The notes under the pieces are model-generated. The model saw nothing but the letters and a program-made list of their open reading frames with translations, did no database searches and was not told the DNA's origin. 64,000 nucleotides of DNA, taken from positions 1 through 64,000 of IMG/VR virus record IMGVR_UViG_3300037755_000850; one strand, 5' to 3'. The DNA comes from a virus. The translations under genes and the position numbers were made by a program. Position 1 is the stretch's first letter. Every line of letters starts with the position of its first letter. This document shows positions 56,301 to 64,000 of this stretch, in pieces.

Positions 56301-59300
56301 CCCTGAATAGCGACCGGCAAAGATATCGTCAAGAATGTCCTTGACGGGGGCGATTTCTTCTTGTGTCCAGGCGTCGTGACTGTATAATTCACTTAAATGA
56401 GCGACGGCTTCTTGTTCAAATACCTCTTGAAAATCAGAACGTCCGCTATAAAATGATCTGTATTGGTCGCCGACAGAAACAGCATGCGCTCTGAAATCTT
56501 GCGTTGGGCGGCCAATTGCATCCAGATAATCAGCAAAGCTGATGTCCATAACTTGGAGTTTTCGAGCATGGCCGACAAGAGCAGACCAGACATGATCCGG
56601 AAGACGCCCGCTGCGCCGCAGGGCGTGGATGGCCTCATGCCGTATTTCGCCGACGACACCGCGCTGGAACTCGCCCTGCGTGGTCGTGCGCAGGAAAAAG
56701 ATGCCGGTCGGGAGCGCCCCATTCGGCGGCTGAAAAAACGCCCGCAGACCGAGTAAACCATCACGGTCATATTCCATGACGTGGCTTGAGCCATCTTCGG
56801 TGGTGAAATACGCATTGACGCGTTTTCTATTGCCCTTGACAGGCTCGATCCGGCTCAGATAGCCGACACTCAATCCGGATGGAACAATGACCCTGTGGGG
56901 CTCTATCGCGTTGAGAATGGCGTCCTTGACATTCTCACCAATGGTTACAGACCGGCCTGCGGCCAGTAATGTATCAATGCCGCGCAGGATCTGTTCTTGC
57001 CCAATCGCCAGTGGCTGTCCTGTTCCTTCCCCTGACAGATCCTTGCGCATCTGATCGGTAATGGGCCAGTATGGTTGCTCAATGCCGGTTTCAGCGACAT
57101 GGTAAGGGCTCGGCGCATCATCAGAAATTTTATCGCCTACGGCAACTCTGGCAATGGATAATTCTCCAGATGGCCTGCGCCAATAGGCTGGAATATTATC
57201 TGTGCGACGCGTAAATAGTCTAGCATGGCCGTTTAACACAGATGAGATGTCGCCATTGAAATCAGGCGAAGCAACAGTTTCTAACGCTAGATCTATGGAC
57301 CCACGGATCAAATGTCCATCATAAGCAGGATTGCCCTGATCCATGTAGTATGTTTGGTTTTTCAGCGCATTCAGCCATTTAACAAAATCATCAACGGTGT
57401 AATTCGGGCGAAGAACCTCAGCGTGACGCCGATCAGTGCCGCTGAGCATTTTCTTCTCAGGTTTCGATCCCCATTTCTTGACATATTTATTGATAAACTT
57501 GGGAACATTCTCACCATAGAATTTCTGTGCCACCTTCTCTGGCGTATAGGTGGCTTCACGGATCTGGGCTGGTGTTGTCAGGGCAACGCCGTCAAAACCC
57601 TTTTCGACCGCACGTTGAAGTGCAGCCTTGAACCCAAGTTCCCACCATGCTGTGCCGGTATAGGGGGCCTCAGGGGCTCCATCAAAGCGGGCGAAGGTGC
57701 TGATGTAGGTCGAGGCCGCCTCGCGATTGGCAATAATCCGTGCGTTGACCTCGCTCACCTTGGCTTCCGCCTCGCGCGCCTCATTGATAATCGTCTGCAC
57801 CAGTGGGTGGTCCTGTCTTTGCTCGCTCAACTGATGCAATTCCTCGCGAACCTTGTACAGTTGCTGCGCTGCCTGCTCCAGGGCTTGGCCTAATTCTGGC
57901 GTCACCCCACCATCTTCATGGACTTTCTTGGCCCGCTCCAGCCCTTGCTTGCCAAAGCCAAAGGCGCGTGCGCGCTGATGCAGATCCGATTGGATCTCAT
58001 GGATGAACAGAACTTTTTCGCCATTGAGGCCAGTTCTGACATCATAACGGATATGGACGACTTCCTGATCCTGATAGTGGTGCGATGAATATTTGCCCTC
58101 CAGCATCGGCAGGCGGACCAGCATTTCCTGATAGTGACGGCCACCCTTGATGCGGTATTGCTTGTAACGGGTCTGATCGGAGAAATAATCACCGCTGCGC
58201 CTTACACCATCGCCATATTCGTCTTCGAAGTCTCGCTCTGCCTGCTGATGAGCTTGGTCATATTCATAGGCGAAATCCTGCTCATAGATATCTTGCCTTG
58301 CAGCCTCTAACTCTTCATCATAAGCATCACGAATGGCTTCAAGTCTGGCGTTGGCGGCTTCCTGTGCGGCTTGGCGGGTCGGGAATACGTCACCATTCTC
58401 AAGCTCTTCATCCTCGCGATCATAAGGATGCTCCAGATTGACTACCCAGCCGAGATTGCCGTTGCGCCAGTCTTCAAGCGTATCTTCGGTCAGCACTCTT
58501 TCGGCTATTGTTTCAAAACGTGGTTCAACGGGTCTTGGTGATGCCAGGCCAGGAAGCGGAATTTGCCCAAAAACTTCGCCGCTCGCTGCCCACGCGTCCA
58601 AAGCGCGTCTGTACAAATCCATCGCATCGCTGTAACGACGCTCGACTTCTAACAGTTCTTGTTCAGCATCGCTGATTGTGCCGGTGAAATCTTCAAACTG
58701 AATTTCGACATCGTAATCAGAAGGATCGTTGCGCTGTTCCCACGTGCCGATTTGTTCTTGTATGGCTTCACTTTCTAGTTCATTCTGAATTTCCTGAGCA
58801 CGCTCAGAAATCCACTCATCCCGCTCTTCCTCGTCCATGACGTCAGCGGGTTCATCATCGTCATCGACCCGTTCGTCTTCCGGAATATCGTCAGGATCGC
58901 GTTCCGAGAGCAGGATGCGCTGTTCGATTTCATATTGATGGGCGCGCAGGAAATCGATAACATCGCTCTTGGCAATGGTCTTTTCGGATTTGGGCTGGTT
59001 GGAGCCGGGGCGATCAACCATCATCGAGGCTTGCTCATCAAGCCAGTCCATTACCCCAAGCCAGCGCACCTCTTCCTGTCTGACGCCGGGGCCGGTCAGA
59101 ACCTTTTTCCACTGTTCCGGGGTTGCCTTGTCCTGTTTGGCGGTCTCGACGGCACGGATCGCCGGGGAATAAAACCCACGCAGGGCAAAGACGAGATTGG
59201 CCAGATCATCATTGATTTTGTCAAGTTCGGCTTGGGCATCTGAATAGACAGCATCAGCCTCGCTCAGACGTTGCTGGGCAAGCTGTAATTGCCGCCTTGT

Positions 59301-62300
59301 CTGAAAATCGTTCGGATTGGCTTCAAGCTTTTGCTCAAGGTCAATCACCTGCTTTTCAAGATCAACCTTTTCATGGAAGGCTTGACGCGTTCGATCGCCT
59401 GCTTCTGAGCGTTTTTCAAACAGTCCCGATTGCACTCTGGCATCATGCTGTTTATCATAGAGATCGTTCAGTTCTCTTTCAACTTCGGGCAGGCGTTCAT
59501 TCAAGGCATCAATTTGAGATGCCAGATCATTATAGGCCGCCTCTTCTTCCGGGGTCAGATCATTGGCTTTGCCACCGATGAGATCCTTGATTTCACCTTG
59601 GAGCGTGTCGATCTGGTTGAAAATATCATTTTGCTGGCGTTGCAATACCGCCATCCGCCCGGCATTCCCCGTGATTGGAAACGCGGTAATGGCAAAGAGC
59701 GGATCAATGCCTTCCTTGGTCTCAGGGGCCATCAGGAAATTGGCGGCGAGCAAGCCTTGGGACAGGACCTCATCGGAAATGGGTTCTTTGAACCCGGCAT
59801 CAACCATGGCGCGGCGCAGAGCCTCCATGGTGCGCTGTCCTGATTGAGTGATGGCCGAGACCGCCGCTAATGCCGCATCCGGTCCCGGCCCTACCCCCTC
59901 TGGAGAGACTTGCGCAAAGTTCCCGAGCCAATCTTGCAGGATCTCGCCGCCGATTCGCAAGGCATCAATTGCAGCCTGTGGATTATTTTCCAGCGCATAG
60001 GTTGGGACGCTGGCAAGCGGACTATCCTGATCGGCAACCCGGCCTTCGGCCCAAGTCCATTCCGGCATCAACCCAGATTTCTGATCACCGAATACGGTGT
60101 CTTCAAGGCTGGCGGTGCGGTTGTTTTCGCCGTAAGGGCCAAAATTGAGCCAGCTATTCTGACCTCTGGTCTCCGAGGTCATTGCCCCTTGTGCCAGACC
60201 GGTATAGAGTCGGATATGGGCCTGCCAAGCGTTTTCTTCGCCTTGCGCGCGGAACCCTGCGCCCTCCATTGAGTGCCCGAACACATCATGCACGGCGCGG
60301 AACAGGTCATTGACCAGCACCCGCTTCATGGGACCATCAGGGGCTCCATAGGGCCACTGAATACCGCTATCGACCAGCAGCGGTGAGGTGCTGGTGTCAA
60401 CATCGGTTGCCCCTGAACCAAATCCGGCTTCGGTGGCAAACACCGCCATCGACTGATTTTGTCTCAGATCACGAATGGCATTCCAAGGATTGCCCGCATA
60501 CGGATCATTACCCTCATCATAGAACCAGAATTTGTAGCCATCGGCTTTAAGGGCTTTATACTGGTCAACGGTCTGTTCGATCATCGCCTGATAGGCCGCC
60601 GCAACTTTCGGGTCATTCGGCGCATGCGGCATCTGATCATAGGCGGTGGCGATCCGAGCGGCTAACTCTGGATTTATTTTCGCGTATTCGGCCTGACGCT
60701 TGAGCGGGATACCGTGGTCGCGGGCGTAGCGCTCGGCGACGGCGACAACCCTTGGGTCTGGGCCGGTTGCGTCCTCGACTGTCGGCGCACCCTTAAGCGG
60801 CGCAAGGCTTCCGCCCTGATCCCGTCCTGCTCGGTCTCTGGCGCGTTTGGATCGTCTTTCATCTTGACCTCCTGGTCCTAAAGCAAACAGCGGCTGGCCT
60901 TCTTCCTTGACCTTCTGGCGTACCTTGTCGGTGATCGGGAAGAAGATGAAATCCTGTTTGACAATCCGGGCATCATTGTCCGACAAAGCATTATAGGGAT
61001 AATCCTCAAATGTCTTGCCTTCGGCTTGCATTCTTTGTAGAATGTCAGTCTGCTGAGCAATCTTGTGTGGTAACAGTTTCACCCGTTCCGGCTTGACGCT
61101 CTTGTCATATTTCTGCAAGATTTTCGCCAGCGCACGGGGATAGATCTTGTCATAGGTGGCGCGCATGCCCTCGCCGCCGATTTCGAGATCTCCGACATCA
61201 AACACATCACTGTGCGGGGTTCCCATCGCCAGATCGGCAGGCTCCCGCCCAATCACCTCAGAAAGAGAATGTCCTACAAGTTCCGACGTGCTGGAATGAA
61301 CAATTGTTCCCTCAGAGTTGACACCGATCGTTGTCGTTGGCCTGCCTGTTTTTTTCAGCCTTATAAGTCTGTCGTCGGAAGAAAACTGCACTTCGACTTC
61401 CATCTCATCGGCAACAGCGATAAGACCGGGATAGCGCTTGTTCTGCACATCCCCCGGCGTAATCGTCACCCCATCAACACCGGCATCAACGGCGTCTTTT
61501 ACAAATTTACGTAATGTTGTCGCCAGCCATTGATCTGTGGTGCGGACAAGGGGATGGGCTGGGGTGGCGGCGTTGGCTGTGGCAAGTTCAGCCACAATCC
61601 GCATTCTCGTATTGAAGGCAGCGGCTATTTTGTCGGCATGCTTGTCCGCAAATTCGCCAAATTCTTCGTTGGCTGTTTCCTGCCCAGCTCTGAACAGCCA
61701 ATCCCCTGTTGCCTTCGGGCTAAGCCCGAATTCCCCTGCCTCAATGCGGTCAATATAGTTCGGCGATGGTCCTGGGAAGAAATTCAACAGTCGGTTATTA
61801 TCATCGACATCCCCGTTGGGGTCCATGATATGGTCGCGATATCGCCTGTCTCCCTCTATGGAAAGCTCACGAAGCTGTTTGTCGGTTTCCTCAAGTTGCT
61901 TTTTCAGCTCAGCAATCTTGGCCTCATCCCGTGCCCCGCCTTCACGGATCTTCTGACCCCAGTCAGACTGGAATTCATCACCATTCAGAACCGTGCGGCC
62001 ATCAACTGTCTGAAGCTGCTGGGTGCGGTAATGGGAGACGACATTGGGTTCCTCGAAATGGCCTTGGCGGAACGCAGGCTGCATGGGTTCAAGGCGATTG
62101 AACCTGTCGCCCTTTTCGAAGACGCGGCGCGCATAATCGATCCAGTAGGAATCTGGCTTCCCTGCGCTGTCTTCGGCACCATCAAGCAAGACCTTGCCAT
62201 CGTAGGAAATCGTGGCACTTCCTTGCGTGGTAGACTGGCGACGGCGTTCGATCTTGACCTTGGCGGGATCAAATTGTGGGGCCGATTCCGGAATCGGAAG

Positions 62301-64000
62301 ATGCACCACATTTTCCCGATAAGTCGGGTTGCCTGGATCGAGAGACCATTTTTCCCATTTGGCAGGACCGGTGACATCTTCGGGGTGATCAACCTGGTTT
62401 TCCAGCCAATCCTGGATCGCCAGCATCGCATGACGTTCACGCTGGCGATTCATCGGCGCATTGACAGGGATATATTCCCCGTCAGGCCCGCGAACCGTCA
62501 CATTGCCCGCATCATCATCGACATTGACGACAAAGATATTGCCGCTCTCGCGATCTTCAACTTCAACATCATAGCTGCCATCTTCATTGGGAACCCTGGC
62601 GTATTCTCGCAAGGACGGAAACGCAGCTTCCTTGCCCCCATACCGTGACTGTTGCAACCTGACTCTATTCTGGTCCAGATACCCCACCAGATCATCACGG
62701 GCGATCCGGCGCGGCAGGTTGGTGTTCTGCATGGCTTGGCGGAATTCATCTTCGCCAGTTGCCAGCAACGGCTGAATGCGCGCCAATTCGGCTTCGATCT
62801 CGGCGCGGCGCGCTGGCGTGATCTCTGGATCTTTCTGCCCCATCTCACTGCGCAGCGCATTGGCCTCGGTGCGCAGATCGACAAGCTGGCGGCGCTGCTG
62901 GGCAAGAGGCTCGCCAAACAGGAATTTATCCAGATCCGTGGCGCGGATTTCCGCTTCCTTGGTGCCGCCCTTTTCGATCTGTGCCAGCATCTGTTCCGGG
63001 GTGCCGGTCGCTTGCGGCAGCGTGCGGGCTGATTCCAGCGCTTGACTGTAAAAGCCGAGATCATCAATATCGCGGGACGGAACGCCGGGGCCGATCGCGG
63101 GCAGAATATCTTCTTCCGACAGCGGCGCCGATGGCAAGGTCAAGGGCTCGCGATCCAGTGTCTGGGTCTGGCCTGGTGTCTGTTCTTGGAATGGCGAGGT
63201 CTGCACCCGCCCTGCCGTGCCAGGCGCTGCAAATTGATCACGGACCTCCACGTCTGGTGTATCTTGCGGTTCCTGTGGCGTTTGCGGGGAAGGCATCTGC
63301 GCCATCGCCGGGCGCATGGTCTGGATCAACTCATTGGCGACCGCTGACAGTTTCCCGGTGTCGCGAACCTTTTGCAAGGCCGCCTGCACGACATTCTGGG
63401 TCGGGCCAGGCTCATCAACCGCGCTCAGGAACTGATCGGCCTGCGCAGCAAGAGGCGGGCTGGCGTTCAGCAGGCGGGACATTTCCGCCTTCAGCGCATT
63501 GCGCTCCGGTGCATTCAGATCAGGCAGCGCCAGCGGTGCGCTGGGATCTGGCTCACCGCCAATTGGCAGGTCTTCCAATGGCGTCAAGGGACCGCGATCT
63601 TCGACCCCATCATTCAGCCAGTCCCAATTGTCAGGCGGTGGCAATTGCGGGTAAGGACCAACCTGTCCCCCAGTTTGACCACCACCTTGATCAGGGCTAA
63701 ATCGGCCCGGCATCAGGAAGTTCATCAAGCCACCAAGCGTGCCACCTACTGCCGCACTCTCGCCAACCCCTGCCATTGCCGCACGCTCGGGATCGGTGGT
63801 ATGCTGACTGATGACATTTTGCGCCAGCTGTGCGCCCGATTCCTGCACCGCCTCTTCTGCGGCCCCTTCGGCCCCTTGAATGAGCCTCTGGCCCAACCGG
63901 GTCTGCGCATTAGGCACCGCGCGGGTCAGGGTTCTGGCAATCGGCGCGGCCTCGGTCAGACCAACTGCGCTATAGCCAAGGGTCTTGAGCAATCTATCAT
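53373..64000 (-). CDS. giant polyvalent internal virion protein (>3540 aa; frame open to the window edge)
   Basis: duplicated GFYS...E(F/I)QSD domain, two HEAxH zincin motifs, two (Y/W)HAT ADP-ribosyltransferase-like domains, one HDxxGH domain. Confidence 0.85.
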   Translation of the reverse strand, partial: DRLLKTLGYSAVGLTEAAPIARTLTRAVPNAQTRLGQRLIQGAEGAAEEAVQESGAQLAQNVISQHTTDPERAAMAGVGESAAVGGTLGGLMNFLMPGRFSPDQGGGQTGGQVGPYPQLPPPDNWDWLNDGVEDRGPLTPLEDLPIGGEPDPSAPLALPDLNAPERNALKAEMSRLLNASPPLAAQADQFLSAVDEPGPTQNVVQAALQKVRDTGKLSAVANELIQTMRPAMAQMPSPQTPQEPQDTPDVEVRDQFAAPGTAGRVQTSPFQEQTPGQTQTLDREPLTLPSAPLSEEDILPAIGPGVPSRDIDDLGFYSQALESARTLPQATGTPEQMLAQIEKGGTKEAEIRATDLDKFLFGEPLAQQRRQLVDLRTEANALRSEMGQKDPEITPARRAEIEAELARIQPLLATGEDEFRQAMQNTNLPRRIARDDLVGYLDQNRVRLQQSRYGGKEAAFPSLREYARVPNEDGSYDVEVEDRESGNIFVVNVDDDAGNVTVRGPDGEYIPVNAPMNRQRERHAMLAIQDWLENQVDHPEDVTGPAKWEKWSLDPGNPTYRENVVHLPIPESAPQFDPAKVKIERRRQSTTQGSATISYDGKVLLDGAEDSAGKPDSYWIDYARRVFEKGDRFNRLEPMQPAFRQGHFEEPNVVSHYRTQQLQTVDGRTVLNGDEFQSDWGQKIREGGARDEAKIAELKKQLEETDKQLRELSIEGDRRYRDHIMDPNGDVDDNNRLLNFFPGPSPNYIDRIEAGEFGLSPKATGDWLFRAGQETANEEFGEFADKHADKIAAAFNTRMRIVAELATANAATPAHPLVRTTDQWLATTLRKFVKDAVDAGVDGVTITPGDVQNKRYPGLIAVADEMEVEVQFSSDDRLIRLKKTGRPTTTIGVNSEGTIVHSSTSELVGHSLSEVIGREPADLAMGTPHSDVFDVGDLEIGGEGMRATYDKIYPRALAKILQKYDKSVKPERVKLLPHKIAQQTDILQRMQAEGKTFEDYPYNALSDNDARIVKQDFIFFPITDKVRQKVKEEGQPLFALGPGGQDERRSKRARDRAGRDQGGSLAPLKGAPTVEDATGPDPRVVAVAERYARDHGIPLKRQAEYAKINPELAARIATAYDQMPHAPNDPKVAAAYQAMIEQTVDQYKALKADGYKFWFYDEGNDPYAGNPWNAIRDLRQNQSMAVFATEAGFGSGATDVDTSTSPLLVDSGIQWPYGAPDGPMKRVLVNDLFRAVHDVFGHSMEGAGFRAQGEENAWQAHIRLYTGLAQGAMTSETRGQNSWLNFGPYGENNRTASLEDTVFGDQKSGLMPEWTWAEGRVADQDSPLASVPTYALENNPQAAIDALRIGGEILQDWLGNFAQVSPEGVGPGPDAALAAVSAITQSGQRTMEALRRAMVDAGFKEPISDEVLSQGLLAANFLMAPETKEGIDPLFAITAFPITGNAGRMAVLQRQQNDIFNQIDTLQGEIKDLIGGKANDLTPEEEAAYNDLASQIDALNERLPEVERELNDLYDKQHDARVQSGLFEKRSEAGDRTRQAFHEKVDLEKQVIDLEQKLEANPNDFQTRRQLQLAQQRLSEADAVYSDAQAELDKINDDLANLVFALRGFYSPAIRAVETAKQDKATPEQWKKVLTGPGVRQEEVRWLGVMDWLDEQASMMVDRPGSNQPKSEKTIAKSDVIDFLRAHQYEIEQRILLSERDPDDIPEDERVDDDDEPADVMDEEERDEWISERAQEIQNELESEAIQEQIGTWEQRNDPSDYDVEIQFEDFTGTISDAEQELLEVERRYSDAMDLYRRALDAWAASGEVFGQIPLPGLASPRPVEPRFETIAERVLTEDTLEDWRNGNLGWVVNLEHPYDREDEELENGDVFPTRQAAQEAANARLEAIRDAYDEELEAARQDIYEQDFAYEYDQAHQQAERDFEDEYGDGVRRSGDYFSDQTRYKQYRIKGGRHYQEMLVRLPMLEGKYSSHHYQDQEVVHIRYDVRTGLNGEKVLFIHEIQSDLHQRARAFGFGKQGLERAKKVHEDGGVTPELGQALEQAAQQLYKVREELHQLSEQRQDHPLVQTIINEAREAEAKVSEVNARIIANREAASTYISTFARFDGAPEAPYTGTAWWELGFKAALQRAVEKGFDGVALTTPAQIREATYTPEKVAQKFYGENVPKFINKYVKKWGSKPEKKMLSGTDRRHAEVLRPNYTVDDFVKWLNALKNQTYYMDQGNPAYDGHLIRGSIDLALETVASPDFNGDISSVLNGHARLFTRRTDNIPAYWRRPSGELSIARVAVGDKISDDAPSPYHVAETGIEQPYWPITDQMRKDLSGEGTGQPLAIGQEQILRGIDTLLAAGRSVTIGENVKDAILNAIEPHRVIVPSGLSVGYLSRIEPVKGNRKRVNAYFTTEDGSSHVMEYDRDGLLGLRAFFQPPNGALPTGIFFLRTTTQGEFQRGVVGEIRHEAIHALRRSGRLPDHVWSALVGHARKLQVMDISFADYLDAIGRPTQDFRAHAVSVGDQYRSFYSGRSDFQEVFEQEAVAHLSELYSHDAWTQEEIAPVKDILDDIFAGRYSGASPDPRGGGQDLSYALRPVDREGQPIKNDPRFKAFFKQSAAVDEMGEPKILYHATLADFPAFDPRRTQVESNLGRGFYFTDSPDDSSANYGRAIGPDIEGRITNLAERLNSDAGLEYNDPHGFNKAREQLGYVHEGMNLPVYLSIQNPVVISDPYSGIESTFLPYQAGEIYDEETDDYEYGEPSGKLDEFFEALRQVAPDYNNIDVEAFIADLMDDVFINEGLTAEQIYNVASNSDFLIYGEDPESGQLSTMEPIRRAYEMIGYDGIIDHTVDEKFPTMQGIQGATHYIVFKPEQIKSVFNAGGFDPDDPNILAAIGGEKKGARSRLTQDMLLLVRNGLAAPVPIESAKPVFDAIRPAQDMVPSEYIVANISGIYPDQDEPNQAKPEKILFDFKTEDGKRFTLRLPPHYIRSSAFHAILPEMQNRPATSGIFFVNLTPDGGSSQYLRGVIRHEAVHALRTKNRIPEAIWLRLLDHAEKLRVMDHSLGSYLEATGITDTNSKDHEVSIYDSYHDLYKANTRFYQEFIDQEQIAHMVELYEHGVFTPQEIAPVKHILDAMFRGDFSRGTPNQARTLSVPEPDYHVPDTIVKRLREITNATQPARSDPGQPGAAQAGAGAPQGLSPADRITPTREDFGRSSLIGESLGRGPIDDRLRQSAIRTYLGNWWKADAPLKRAKLQGFTLPAWHATPSDFLVPNPNIKGRDFGFHVAINTPNAANERAGFSFHDVDNQLTLEKPGMIGKLARFLSNAFWDNRKNIRNLPLLVKARNPLRVPDLNAWGSMPMWRGAIQEIMAGQIPDIGPKNYPVFRAIDDMMVAVMTEKALVGAGFDEQQTFRQALVNILESHGYDSLIYKNDYEDVGNDSLFLWDAARVRSAFDTFDPRADGNPGLYASVPFMEADMRQELNRALREEGLEEIMPQFALGSADGGSSVEGFTDTNSKPMTELYTDYLKRSQKSGKKPISFKEFSKNDARITL

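Overview
Partial genome (64 kb, open at both ends) of a tailed dsDNA phage. The host is probably an alphaproteobacterium (Omp25/RopB-type porin gene, canonical parS motif). Layout: (1) 1-16.8 kb, small accessory genes including a terminase small subunit-like gene, a Tad1-like anti-defence sponge, a vWA protein and two AAA+ ATPases; (2) 16.8-26.8 kb (-), replication module with Prim-Pol, helicase, an initiator carrying an internal iteron origin, HD hydrolase, DNA methyltransferase and Cro-like HTH; (3) 27-46 kb (+), ERF/lambda-exonuclease recombination, two ParB-like proteins, phosphoesterase, NUDIX, porin plus trimeric autotransporter, and a tRNA array; (4) 46-64 kb (-), lysis genes, tail proteins, a virion hydrolase and a >3500-aa polyvalent protein. 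No integrase, CI repressor, ParA, terminase large subunit or capsid gene was recognised. Two things stand out. (a) 13 parS-type palindromes (consensus TGTTTCACGTGAAACA) lie between 1.3 and 12.4 kb; in one operon they sit 0-5 nt after the stop codon at 7 of 8 consecutive gene junctions. (b) A ~450-nt ncRNA (about 15767-16220) with its own promoter and terminator, made of two circularly permuted tRNA cores plus two free-standing anticodon stem-loops, lies directly behind a conserved protein of unknown function. Family names come from motif recognition and memory, not database searches.
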